From: a virus
Taxonomy: Duplodnaviria > Caudoviricetes
Strand: one strand, 5' to 3'
Length of the DNA stretch: 34,350 bases
IMG/VR virus record: IMGVR_UViG_3300042399_001002
Location: 1 to 34,350 of that record
Shown here: in pieces, positions 7,529 through 16,048 of the stretch
Numbering within the stretch: the stretch's first letter is position 1
How the letters are laid out: every line of letters starts with the position of its first letter
Position numbers and translations under genes: made by a program
Notes under the pieces: model-generated
What the model was told of the DNA's origin: nothing
Database searches by the model: none
Seen by the model: only the letters and a program-made list of their open reading frames with translations

Positions 7529-7699
7529 ATGAAAATGAGCACATTTTTACTAGTTGTAACAATCGTGATAAATGGACAAATTGAACATAGAGTAATCTCA
7601 GAACATAGATCTTTATTTTCTTGCCATGTAGAAAAAGCACAACATAGCACTAACACGGCCATTAAATTTGAATGCATAAAAAAGGATAACAAAGCATGA
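7529..7699 (+). CDS. small possibly exported protein
   Basis: ORF track 7493..7699, ATG 7529 preferred; hydrophobic N-terminus, Cys pair. Confidence 0.6.
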   Translation: MKMSTFLLVVTIVINGQIEHRVISEHRSLFSCHVEKAQHSTNTAIKFECIKKDNKA

Positions 7700-7860
7700 A
7701 AAAGTTAACAATTCAACAAATTATAGACTTGTTTAACATGGGCCGAACAATAATCTTATTCAATTCTAGTGGCACTATATCATGCCATAAGAACAATATA
7801 ACAGAACGTCAATTGATAGAGTATATCAATAAAAATGATAAGAATGGCCGGATCTTATAA
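7696..7860 (+). CDS. hypothetical early protein (54 aa, below track cutoff)
   Basis: ATGA overlap, AAGGA SD; MKKLTIQQIIDLFNMGR...NGRIL*. Confidence 0.6.
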   Translation: MKKLTIQQIIDLFNMGRTIILFNSSGTISCHKNNITERQLIEYINKNDKNGRIL

Positions 7861-7870
7861 CGGCCTTTTT
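7846..7870 (+). terminator. intrinsic terminator ending the early island
   Basis: GGCCG-N10-CGGCC followed by TTTTT. Confidence 0.65.
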
Positions 7871-7883
7871 ATTTATCTATTAA

Positions 7884-8130
7884 TAGTAATGATTATCATT
7901 ATAATTATCATTTACATTCTTTGTCTTAATAATAACCTTTCTCATTTGATAGCGGTTATCATAATACCTATTTATATATTATGGTACGTGCCCCATTATA
8001 GTGCAATCTAATTATCCGATTATATATAGTTTTAATCATAACTTTTAGTTTGATGTTTCATAACTTGTTTTTATAAGTGCCCGATGTCTGATAGTCGGCT
8101 ATGTGTAAATGAAAATGCTAATGATTCTCA
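7884..8130. repeat. second cluster of Fur-box-like palindromes
   Basis: Units at 7884, 7896, 7930, 7947, 8116; 7885-7903 matches the 19-bp Fur consensus at 16/19. Confidence 0.7.
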
Positions 8131-8256
8131 TTTCGGCATAGGATATTTTGATTCCGAACCCCAGTCGAACATACCAAACCCCACACCATGTTGAACACTA
8201 CCACACATTTATCCCACTCCCCAGATTCATCACTTTCCCCATAATGATATTTCCAT

Positions 8257-8290
8257 AAAAAACACCCCTACCCCCGAAAGGATAGAAGTG
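8257..8290 (-). terminator. intrinsic terminator ending the minus-strand block
   Basis: Reverse complement CACTTCTATCCT-TTCG-GGGGTAGGGGTG-TTTTTT (12-bp stem with GU pairs, UUCG loop). Confidence 0.7.
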
Positions 8291-8357
8291 CATATGAAAA
8301 ATTATTTTTTAAGAAATTCTCAGCCATTAAAATTTCCTCAGAAGTCATGATGGTAAG

Positions 8358-8516
8358 TTATGATAGTAGGTAAATCACAAATATCATTGCTAAAATGTAA
8401 AATGAACACCACATAAAACGCTTGAAGAACACGACACCTTCTTCATTACCAACTAAACGTTCTGTTGCACTCTTCTTGCACCCACATTCACACTCACGAT
8501 GTTTATCATTAAACAT
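8358..8516 (-). CDS. small membrane protein (52 aa)
   Basis: GGAGG SD; MFNDKHRECECGC... with a C-terminal hydrophobic helix (hand translation). Confidence 0.6.
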   Translation of the reverse strand: MFNDKHRECECGCKKSATERLVGNEEGVVFFKRFMWCSFYILAMIFVIYLLS

Positions 8517-8562
8517 TTCAAACCTCCACCCTAATTAGTGCATTCTCAACCACTAAAACTCT

Positions 8563-8856
8563 TTACAGATTATCTTCAAAGTAATAACTTTCAACCATTT
8601 TAACTTTACGATAACATCTGGTAGCTTTAACTACAGAACCTGACGTGTGCCACACAATAACACCATCACTAATATAACTGGTTTTATATGTGAAGTAATC
8701 ACCATTATCGCTACCAATAATAAAGTTTGTTGTTCCTGATCGAACAAACTCATTGGTTTGATTTACTCTCACTACGTGATAACCATTCTCTTCCAACCAA
8801 TCTTGTGATGGGTATCCATAATCATCATCGATTTCAACCTGTATTGAATCCACCAT
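8563..8856 (-). CDS. hypothetical protein (97 aa)
   Basis: AGGAG SD. Confidence 0.7.
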   Translation of the reverse strand: MVDSIQVEIDDDYGYPSQDWLEENGYHVVRVNQTNEFVRSGTTNFIIGSDNGDYFTYKTSYISDGVIVWHTSGSVVKATRCYRKVKMVESYYFEDNL

Positions 8857-8866
8857 ATCTTCTCCT

Positions 8867-9028
8867 TTATTTATTCAACCACATCACCGTGATTACTAAC
8901 ATCGCCACAAGGACAACATTGAGTATGATCCTAAAACTACCTCGCAATAGATTATCTGTGTACTTTGTTGCACTGGTATCACTTAAACAATATGGATCAT
9001 AACCACAATTATCACATCGTTTTTTCAT
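8867..9028 (-). CDS. small membrane protein (53 aa)
   Basis: ATGA overlap; MKKRCDNCGYDPYC... with a C-terminal hydrophobic helix (hand translation). Confidence 0.6.
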   Translation of the reverse strand: MKKRCDNCGYDPYCLSDTSATKYTDNLLRGSFRIILNVVLVAMLVITVMWLNK

Positions 9029-9213
9029 TTAACTACATTCTCCGCAATAGCTTGACATAATAGGTAATAGTTATAAAACCCTAATGAGATGATAAAGATC
9101 ATGATAAAAATTGCACTACCAATAAGTGTATATTTTACTAACTTATCATCTCTTATAGAATATCCCTTCCTAGTCAAAGGAGGAGAGGGTGGAGGTGGAA
9201 TCTCCTCTCTCAT
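9025..9213 (-). CDS. small membrane protein, Pro-rich N-terminus (62 aa)
   Basis: PPPPSPP then a transmembrane-like helix; coupled overlaps. Confidence 0.65.
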   Translation of the reverse strand: MREEIPPPPSPPLTRKGYSIRDDKLVKYTLIGSAIFIMIFIISLGFYNYYLLCQAIAENVVK

Positions 9214-10148
9214 TTACGACACTCCACATCCTTTCTACTACGAATGATCATGATGTAATTCTCAATCTCATAGTCTTTATAGATTACATTCTCATGTACC
9301 AGTTTGCAGAAGTTCATGAAGCTGTTTGCATCTACAATTGGTGCTGCTGGTAGGTTGTTGTATTGCAGATTAAGGTCATCATATTCAACTTTCTTAAGCA
9401 GTATACCATCCACCCAATCACGTAACTCTTGATCATGTTTAGATCGCTTAATAGCATCTAACTTCATGAAATGTTGCCAGTGAGTCTTTTTAGGATCTTC
9501 ACACTTCACAACATCTTTATCTTTAATGAATTCCCACATCGCATCGTATTTGTATTTTTCATAAGACCAATCTTCAAACTTGTAAACAGTGTCACTACCA
9601 AAGATGTAATATTCACCATCATTCACTGAATGCCAACCATCTCGAAATCGAGTGTATTCACTACGAAATTGAAGACTCAATTTTTCCAAAACGAGTTGCT
9701 TGTTAGACTTCCGTAATTCTCCATTATTTATAAAGTCTTGTAACAACTCCCAAGCACTCAAATGGCTCAAATTCTCAGGTATTGAAATGAACATCTCAGG
9801 AACCGCAGCTAATTCACCGAAGGTGTGTTCAAACGTACATCTATTAGGTGTTAAATAAATGCGAGTATTACAACCCTCAATACGGAAGCTGCTATATCGA
9901 CCAAAACAATTAGATATCTTGTGAGTCAAACCCCTGTAAACAAGAACATCACCTTTCGATGTAGACTCTACATACAATGCTTGATATTTAGCAACAAGCT
10001 CAGTGATACCAGATTCACTTAAAGGAAGATATTTACGTTCTGGTTGAACAACCGTTTCTATTGGTTTAGAAGTAGTTTCAACAATCACATCTATAGGTCT
10101 TGGACGTGGTTCATTACAACCACCAAATAAATCATGCCACCAACCCAT
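9210..10148 (-). CDS. hypothetical protein (312 aa)
   Basis: Long ORF, GGAG SD; no recognised motif. Confidence 0.8.
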   Translation of the reverse strand: MGWWHDLFGGCNEPRPRPIDVIVETTSKPIETVVQPERKYLPLSESGITELVAKYQALYVESTSKGDVLVYRGLTHKISNCFGRYSSFRIEGCNTRIYLTPNRCTFEHTFGELAAVPEMFISIPENLSHLSAWELLQDFINNGELRKSNKQLVLEKLSLQFRSEYTRFRDGWHSVNDGEYYIFGSDTVYKFEDWSYEKYKYDAMWEFIKDKDVVKCEDPKKTHWQHFMKLDAIKRSKHDQELRDWVDGILLKKVEYDDLNLQYNNLPAAPIVDANSFMNFCKLVHENVIYKDYEIENYIMIIRSRKDVECRK

Positions 10149-10339
10149 TACTGCACTCCCATCCCACTTAAATACTGAAACTCTAAAGCAGCTTCATTAA
10201 AACAGAGTTCATTCCATTCGTTCTTTTCGAAGTCGTAGTCATATACTACTTGTGATGGAATTCCTCTCAGTGCTTCTTTGTTTTTCTCAAACCACTCTTT
10301 ACGATTTACCATTTTTATCACCTTTCCCCTTTTGATCAA
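10148..10339 (-). CDS. hypothetical protein (start probably ~10312)
   Basis: ORF track; AGGT SD before the internal ATG. Confidence 0.6.
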   Translation of the reverse strand: MIKRGKVIKMVNRKEWFEKNKEALRGIPSQVVYDYDFEKNEWNELCFNEAALEFQYLSGMGVQ

Positions 10340-10406
10340 CCCAGATTAAAATAGCAATAATCACTATTGCTGAAATTGCCATCACTACGAATTCCCAAAC
10401 TTCCAT
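10299..10406 (-). CDS. 35-aa membrane peptide
   Basis: GGAGG upstream; MEVWEFVVMAISAIVIIAILIWVDQKGKGDKNGKS*. Confidence 0.5.
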   Translation of the reverse strand: MEVWEFVVMAISAIVIIAILIWVDQKGKGDKNGKS

Positions 10407-10417
10407 CCTTGTACCTC

Positions 10418-10933
10418 CTAATTAAAAATCAATTCTAACTCACTTAAATCATACTCGTCAAGGTCTTTATCAAAGACAACGTAACTACCACCCATACGCT
10501 CTACACTTCTACCTAGCATCAATCCAGCATCATCATTGTCACATACAGCTATCAATTTCATATTGAAACTTAATAACATATCAGATAGATGTTTAGCATT
10601 ATTACCAAAGACACAGATTGCATTTAAACCAAGTCGATGTAGTGCTGATGCTTTAAATAAACCTTCGACAACGTACAGTGTGTCCTTGGAATAATCAATT
10701 GTCTCTAACCCCCAGAATGCTTTCTCACCCTTCATGGTGTATGTGTAATATTTAGCTTCATCATAAGGTATGTTTTTCTTGCTACCCAAAGGATTATATC
10801 GCTGATAACCTGTAAACTTACCATCAAGGTTATAGATGTGAACTGTGAGAAGATTATTTTCATCATCTACAGTTTGATTGAGGTAAAGAGCCGGATCATA
10901 ATTCCGACTCAAGAGGTGTTCTTTAAAGTTCAT
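10418..10933 (-). CDS. stand-alone TOPRIM-domain (primase-like) protein
   Basis: VVEGLFKA and VCDNDDAG TOPRIM motifs; ATG 10933 preferred. Confidence 0.8.
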   Translation of the reverse strand: MNFKEHLLSRNYDPALYLNQTVDDENNLLTVHIYNLDGKFTGYQRYNPLGSKKNIPYDEAKYYTYTMKGEKAFWGLETIDYSKDTLYVVEGLFKASALHRLGLNAICVFGNNAKHLSDMLLSFNMKLIAVCDNDDAGLMLGRSVERMGGSYVVFDKDLDEYDLSELELIFN

Positions 10934-11139
10934 TACAATCCCCACCAAGTTTGATAGTCAGCTTCTGTGAGTCGAGACTCCCCCTCATCCTGATCATGTT
11001 CGTACTTCATTAATTCTTTCGTGTGAGCGTCACATGCAAACTTATCAAACAGGTCATCGTTCCTAAATACAGCCTTAGTAGTTCTTGGTTCACAAAAACT
11101 ACAATATGGGCCAATTTGATTTGGTTTCAATCGTTTCAT
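10933..11139 (-). CDS. small Zn-finger-like protein (68 aa)
   Basis: CSFC...CDAH motif. Confidence 0.65.
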   Translation of the reverse strand: MKRLKPNQIGPYCSFCEPRTTKAVFRNDDLFDKFACDAHTKELMKYEHDQDEGESRLTEADYQTWWGL

Positions 11140-11522
11140 TGTTGATATAACTCAATCAATTTAGATCGAAGATATTCATAACACTTAGGAGCCTTCTCTT
11201 CCAGCATAGCCATACCTGTACCAATACCCATTGTAGGTAGTGCAATGTTCTTACCTGAATTGATTGCTAATCGAATCTGAGTGTCTACGTGAACAGTAAA
11301 CCAACCATAGTCACCATCATTTAGGTAACTACCATCACGCGCATATCGATCTCGTTTGGTGCAGATACCAATGGCATTTGGTAATCCTCGAATGACAGCT
11401 TGTGTCTTGTAAGGAACATAGCCGTTTTCAGCATCAGATAAGTTGTCACCGAATAGATAAACAAAATCTGTATCTAAAGCAACACTGGTTCTAGACCATT
11501 CATCAACAAGTTTAACTTCCAC
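11136..11522 (-). CDS. macro-domain-like phage protein (128 aa)
   Basis: YLFGDNL, QAVIRGLPNAIGICTK, LPTMGIGTGMA motifs; the Gly-rich GIGTG loop resembles macrodomains. Confidence 0.55.
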   Translation of the reverse strand: MEVKLVDEWSRTSVALDTDFVYLFGDNLSDAENGYVPYKTQAVIRGLPNAIGICTKRDRYARDGSYLNDGDYGWFTVHVDTQIRLAINSGKNIALPTMGIGTGMAMLEEKAPKCYEYLRSKLIELYQQ

Positions 11523-11676
11523 TACTTACTCCTTTTTCAAATTGACAATTTAGGAATTCTAGAAGATTTTTAAGAGATCTTTCGTATTCAACACCGTAAA
11601 GCTCACCACCAGAACATTCCATTTCATCGATTAACCACTTAATTTCCTCAATCGCTTCCTCTATCTTTGTGATCAT
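11512..11676 (-). CDS. hypothetical protein (54 aa)
   Basis: ATGA overlap; hand translation MITKIEEAIEEIKWL... Confidence 0.55.
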   Translation of the reverse strand: MITKIEEAIEEIKWLIDEMECSGGELYGVEYERSLKNLLEFLNCQFEKGVSSGS

Positions 11677-11915
11677 CCTAAATATAAACCTCTCATGTCC
11701 CTTTTATTAAACCTAACAAAATTTTGACCTTGATATGGTAGTTCATGATCATACCAACCATAAGCCCAGTATCCGACCATCTCCTTAGATTTTTCAGACC
11801 AAATTGAGATCTCAGAGGGCACATAGCTACCCCAAACCTCAACAGTGTCTTCAACCTTGGAGAATAGCGTCAAACCATACTTCTTTTTAAAAATACGCTT
11901 TTTCAAAGAACTCAA
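11673..11915 (-). CDS. hypothetical protein (80 aa)
   Basis: GGAG SD, TTG start. Confidence 0.65.
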   Translation of the reverse strand: MSSLKKRIFKKKYGLTLFSKVEDTVEVWGSYVPSEISIWSEKSKEMVGYWAYGWYDHELPYQGQNFVRFNKRDMRGLYLG

Positions 11916-12013
11916 TACGACTCTCCCTTCTTAGGCTTCTTATACTCATCACCAGTTTCCTGTTCAACCCAGTCAATGGTTTCCTTATCAGCTTCATCAC
12001 GTTTACAATTCAT
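11912..12013 (-). CDS. hypothetical peptide (33 aa)
   Basis: 4-bp overlaps on both sides, GGAG upstream. Confidence 0.45.
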   Translation of the reverse strand: MNCKRDEADKETIDWVEQETGDEYKKPKKGESY

Positions 12014-12315
12014 CGATTTCTCCAAATGCTATCAGGACTCTTCTTCAAAGTTTCAACAATAAACTTAGCAGTAGATCCAGTGAATAATCCAAACCCTAGT
12101 AGGTGAACATCACCATCTAAATCAACATACCCAACCACTTCTTCCATGTAGATGACCTGAGTAAAATCCAAATATGTGTGCTGAGATTGGAACAACCAAT
12201 TTAGTCCCTTATCTCTCAACATTCTTTCCATACCATCTTGAGCGATTATAGCACGATTCTTCCTATTGAGAAGAGTTTTTCCAACAATGATCAAACTCTT
12301 AATCAACTTAATCAT
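12010..12315 (-). CDS. hypothetical protein
   Basis: ORF track 12010..12366; GGAGG SD before ATG at ~12315. Confidence 0.7.
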   Translation of the reverse strand: MIKLIKSLIIVGKTLLNRKNRAIIAQDGMERMLRDKGLNWLFQSQHTYLDFTQVIYMEEVVGYVDLDGDVHLLGFGLFTGSTAKFIVETLKKSPDSIWRNR

Positions 12316-12520
12316 AATACCTCCCTGTGAGAACATGAATGTTAGCAATTTGTTTCTCAAACTCACGCTTTAGTGCTCCATCGTACAATACAGCAACTTG
12401 ATCATACAGGTAGTACAGACGAGCAGTGAAAGGTGTAAATGGAACCTTGTATTGCACAACTTGTGATATGTTAGCAAACCTCACAAGGAGGTCTAGATTT
12501 ACCCCATGCAAGATTGACAA
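12308..12520 (-). CDS. hypothetical protein (70 aa)
   Basis: GGAGG SD upstream, TTG start. Confidence 0.6.
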   Translation of the reverse strand: MSILHGVNLDLLVRFANISQVVQYKVPFTPFTARLYYLYDQVAVLYDGALKREFEKQIANIHVLTGRYYD

Positions 12521-12987
12521 TCGCTCACCTCCACTTCTGTAACCAGCAACATAGCAGCAAAGTTAAACAATGGAGTTAGAGTGGTTTCATTCGAATACAC
12601 ACGAATCTTATCCGCATTGTAGATACTTCCATTTGTAGAATGTACCAGAATTTCACCAAAATCTTTATCAAAAGTAATCGCTCTGATCCATTCACGGTTG
12701 TACTGACAACCACGCTTCAATTCCATACCGACAATCTTCTTAGATGTAACCTCAAGAACATCCATTCGGAATAGGTTTAAGAACTTTGGACAGTTTTTTA
12801 GACTCCAGCAAAGAGTGCCAAGTTTATGACTAAACGTGATTTCAAAATTACTAATCTTATCAGAACGTAATGATTGAACATCCACACCTTCTTGTCGAGT
12901 AATAATACCTTTTTGGTACATTAAAATGAGTTCGTATTCCTCAATACCTGTAAGAACCTTGAACATTTTATCTAACTTATCTACCAC
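12499..12987 (-). CDS. hypothetical protein (162 aa)
   Basis: AGGAG SD, GTG start. Confidence 0.75.
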   Translation of the reverse strand: MVDKLDKMFKVLTGIEEYELILMYQKGIITRQEGVDVQSLRSDKISNFEITFSHKLGTLCWSLKNCPKFLNLFRMDVLEVTSKKIVGMELKRGCQYNREWIRAITFDKDFGEILVHSTNGSIYNADKIRVYSNETTLTPLFNFAAMLLVTEVEVSDCQSCMG

Positions 12988-13032
12988 TTAATTCTCCTAA
13001 TTTAATTCAGAATAAGATGGGGGTTCACCCCA

Positions 13033-13287
13033 TCAATTTTCGGGTTTGACACCAGAACCATAATCGTCATGGTGTAATTCTTTTGTGATATTCCCACACT
13101 TAGCACACTTATATTCAGTGACTACAGCAGGTGAATCCAACTTAATAAAGAAGATTCTATACACTCTGTATTTTGCAAACTCATAATACCAGTGATTGCA
13201 AATTAATCTTTTAATCCAAACAGGCAGCACTAACATTGTATTTACCCTTCCCATAATACTCATTGACAAACTCTTGAGCAATTTCAC
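13033..13287 (-). CDS. hypothetical Zn-ribbon-like protein (true start likely downstream)
   Basis: CNH...CAKCG pattern. Confidence 0.55.
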   Translation of the reverse strand: MKLLKSLSMSIMGRVNTMLVLPVWIKRLICNHWYYEFAKYRVYRIFFIKLDSPAVVTEYKCAKCGNITKELHHDDYGSGVKPEN

Positions 13288-13549
13288 GTTTCATGGTTTT
13301 GATAAACACTCGATAACCATTTGCATCACGGAAATGCCACTTCCCAGTTGGGAGAATTCGACTCACCTCAGATGTGTGAACGTAGACTTCCCATTTCTTC
13401 CACTTCGTAATGCCACCGTTTGCAAGAACATTTAAATCAACACCATTCTCATCAACATTGTTTTTGCTAACTGGTTTCGCTTTCTGTGTACGTGCAGCAT
13501 GTTCACGTGCTCTTTCCATCGCATACTGCATAATAGCGTTCTTAGACAT
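13211..13549 (-). CDS. hypothetical protein (112 aa)
   Basis: AGGAG SD. Confidence 0.75.
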   Translation of the reverse strand: MSKNAIMQYAMERAREHAARTQKAKPVSKNNVDENGVDLNVLANGGITKWKKWEVYVHTSEVSRILPTGKWHFRDANGYRVFIKTMKREIAQEFVNEYYGKGKYNVSAACLD

Positions 13550-13686
13550 TACAACTCCTTACCAACTTCAATTAGAAAATAACGTTTGTTACTATTCATG
13601 CATTGTACCACCAGATCTTTACCTTTATCAAGTAAAAGTAGGTTAAAAGTTAACAATACTGAACAAATAATTACAGCACTTCTCAT
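13549..13686 (-). CDS. hypothetical peptide (45 aa)
   Basis: GGAGG SD; TAATG coupling to the next gene (hand translation). Confidence 0.45.
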   Translation of the reverse strand: MRSAVIICSVLLTFNLLLLDKGKDLVVQCMNSNKRYFLIEVGKEL

Positions 13687-13701
13687 CTTTCCTCCAGACG
13701 T

Positions 13702-13728
13702 AAAAAAAGGAGAGCTGTTAGGCTCTCC
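13702..13728 (-). terminator. intrinsic terminator
   Basis: Reverse complement GGAGAGC-loop-GCTCTCC-T7. Confidence 0.8.
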
Positions 13729-13734
13729 GTTGTA

Positions 13735-14487
13735 TTAGACACTAGCCTTTTTAGCCAGCTTACTACGTTTCCGCAGTTCTTGAGTAATAGCCTCACGTTC
13801 TGCTTTCAATACCTCATCAGGCACATCTTCAAAACTATCAGCTTCCAAACTCTCTTCTGCTTCAATCATTTTCTCTTGTAGTTGAACACCACGTAATTCA
13901 ATACGTTTAGCTAGACGCTCACTAACCTCATCATCGAACATGTAAATCTCTCGATTGTTTTTGATCACATCGTTAATTTCTTCTTCGGTTAGGAAGTCTT
14001 GATAACAAGATCGAACAAAGTTCTCATTGATCACTGAGTTTGCATTAGCACGTGTTTGATTCTCATAGGCTGCACCATAACCTGTACCACATTGAACAGG
14101 GTGAATCATCAACATAGTGTGCTTACCAATTTGATAACTCGCAGCACCTTCGGTTAAGAATAACGCTCCACCTGCTGAACAAGCCTGTCCAAGTAAAACC
14201 ATATGGAAACGTGCCTGAGTGGTAGATAATGCATTCTGCACAGCGATAAGTGAGAATAAATGACCACCACGACTACTGATATTAAAAGTGATATCGTCAT
14301 ACTCAGTAGCATTGTTCAGAAGTGCAATTACATTATCAAAAGAGTAAGCGTCACCAAATTCCTGAGTGATGTTTACAGTGTAGTGATTACCACCTTGAGG
14401 TGCCACTACGATTGATGGTGAGCGACTATCATCTTCATAATTGGAAGCTTTCTGTTTGTTTTCTGCATTTAAAAATTTAAAAGTCAA
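13735..14487 (-). CDS. ClpP-like serine protease
   Basis: ISSRGG, ACSAG (catalytic Ser) and LMIH (catalytic His) motifs. Confidence 0.8.
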   Translation of the reverse strand: MTFKFLNAENKQKASNYEDDSRSPSIVVAPQGGNHYTVNITQEFGDAYSFDNVIALLNNATEYDDITFNISSRGGHLFSLIAVQNALSTTQARFHMVLLGQACSAGGALFLTEGAASYQIGKHTMLMIHPVQCGTGYGAAYENQTRANANSVINENFVRSCYQDFLTEEEINDVIKNNREIYMFDDEVSERLAKRIELRGVQLQEKMIEAEESLEADSFEDVPDEVLKAEREAITQELRKRSKLAKKASV

Positions 14488-14499
14488 TATAACCTCCTG

Positions 14500-15270
14500 T
14501 TATGAATAAATTTCTGTAACACGTTTAGATAACGGACTACGTTTGTTATCAGTTGAAGTTAGTTCGATGTAGTTAAACAAAGGTTCAACTGAATATCGAC
14601 CACTATCATCAACATCTGTGATACGTCCTACAAAGTCTGAGAATCCATCTTTACGAGAGTTCACAGCATACGTTTGTGCTCTATCACCAAGCACAACAAG
14701 TTTAGCATTTTCACCCAGACGCTCCATTAACATCTTAAGTGTAGATGGTGACATGTTTTGAGTTTCATCAAGAATAACGATGCAGTTACTCAGTGTAGCA
14801 CCTTGGAGATAGTTAGGAATATCAAATCGAATGTTCCCATTCTTCTCATCACATTCCAACATACCCTTAGTCATGAAGTCTAAAAATACCCCACGCATCA
14901 CTTCAAAGTGTTTTTCCAACTTCTCATCTTTATCACCAGTTAGGAAACCAATAGCATCATCACCTGACTCAGTTGGGTTTTTAACAAAGATGATTGTCTT
15001 GTAGTCGTTGTTTTCTTTCAGAAGCTTAAGGGCTGTGCGAATTGCAACACTTGTCTTACCAACACCTGCCGATCCTTGGACGACTGTTGCATCATATTGA
15101 TAGATTGAATCTTCAATCTTTTGTTGATTCTCAGTTAATTGAAACTTATCTAAGTTGTAACCACCGCCAGCTTTTCGCTGATAAGAAGAATCACGTTGTT
15201 GGACTTCAACACCCATTTCGATAGCCAATTTACGCTTATCTCGTTGAGTTAGTCTACTACGTTTAGCCAT
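14500..15270 (-). CDS. phoH: PhoH-family ATPase
   Basis: GSAGVGKT, IGFLTG, LQGATL, ILDETQN, RLGE, GDRAQ motifs. Confidence 0.9.
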   Translation of the reverse strand: MAKRSRLTQRDKRKLAIEMGVEVQQRDSSYQRKAGGGYNLDKFQLTENQQKIEDSIYQYDATVVQGSAGVGKTSVAIRTALKLLKENNDYKTIIFVKNPTESGDDAIGFLTGDKDEKLEKHFEVMRGVFLDFMTKGMLECDEKNGNIRFDIPNYLQGATLSNCIVILDETQNMSPSTLKMLMERLGENAKLVVLGDRAQTYAVNSRKDGFSDFVGRITDVDDSGRYSVEPLFNYIELTSTDNKRSPLSKRVTEIYS

Positions 15271-15293
15271 GTCACCTCCAATGTAAAATTTAC

Positions 15294-15551
15294 TTATCCA
15301 TCAATGATTGCTAACACTTGATGTTCAGGTGTCATATACAATCCTTTGTCAGCATCCAATGGTGTACGCATCAGCTTAGGAACTACAATAGTGTCACCAG
15401 CTTTAACGTATTGAACCTGACTACCAACACTAACAACCTTACCAACAACAGAAGAGTTATTGGCATCGGTGCTAGTCGGAGTATAGATTCCACCTGCTGT
15501 TAAATTACTCTCAAAATATTCAAAAATGATATTTGATCCTACAGCTTTCAT
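15294..15551 (-). CDS. groES: GroES-like co-chaperonin
   Basis: MKAVG..., TAGGIY mobile loop, GKVVSVG, VKAGD, VLAII. Confidence 0.85.
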   Translation of the reverse strand: MKAVGSNIIFEYFESNLTAGGIYTPTSTDANNSSVVGKVVSVGSQVQYVKAGDTIVVPKLMRTPLDADKGLYMTPEHQVLAIIDG

Positions 15552-15574
15552 TCTATATCCTCCAAGGGAGCAGA

Positions 15575-15949
15575 TTACTCTGCTTCACCTTCATTTTCTT
15601 TAGTTTCTGCTTCTGCTGCTAACTTAGCTGCTTCTTCCTTTGCTAACTTAGCTTGTTGAGCCTTAGTTAGAGGTTTAGCTGGAGCTTCTTCCGGCTTCTC
15701 AGTAGTTGTCTGAGTTTCAGGTTGAGTTTCTGTTGCAGTAGGAGCTTCGGTTTCTTTTGCAGTTTCCACATTCTCAGTGTTAACTTTTTCTTCAACTTCC
15801 TTTTGAAGAGATACAGTAAATCGATTTGAGATACTACGACGAGCTACAGCACTCGGACTCACACGCCAGCCATCTTCAAAAGCCTTCTGGAGTTCGATTG
15901 TGAATTTGTGAAGGTTGTGTGCTAAAAGCGTCTTTGTAATTAAAGCCAT
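15575..15949 (-). CDS. hypothetical protein with acidic low-complexity tail (124 aa)
   Basis: GAGG SD; E/T/A-rich C-terminus. Confidence 0.8.
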   Translation of the reverse strand: MALITKTLLAHNLHKFTIELQKAFEDGWRVSPSAVARRSISNRFTVSLQKEVEEKVNTENVETAKETEAPTATETQPETQTTTEKPEEAPAKPLTKAQQAKLAKEEAAKLAAEAETKENEGEAE

Positions 15950-15990
15950 TGTTTCTAAATTACCTCTTTAGTTGATTAGTTAATTGTTTC

Positions 15991-16018
15991 AATATACCAC
16001 TGTTTTGTTGTTTGTCAA
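15991..16018 (-). promoter_or_regulatory. sigma70-like promoter
   Basis: Reverse complement TTGACA-N16-TATATT with TG extension. Confidence 0.7.
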
Positions 16019-16048
16019 TTATCAAACTGTTAAGTTTTGTAACCTGAG

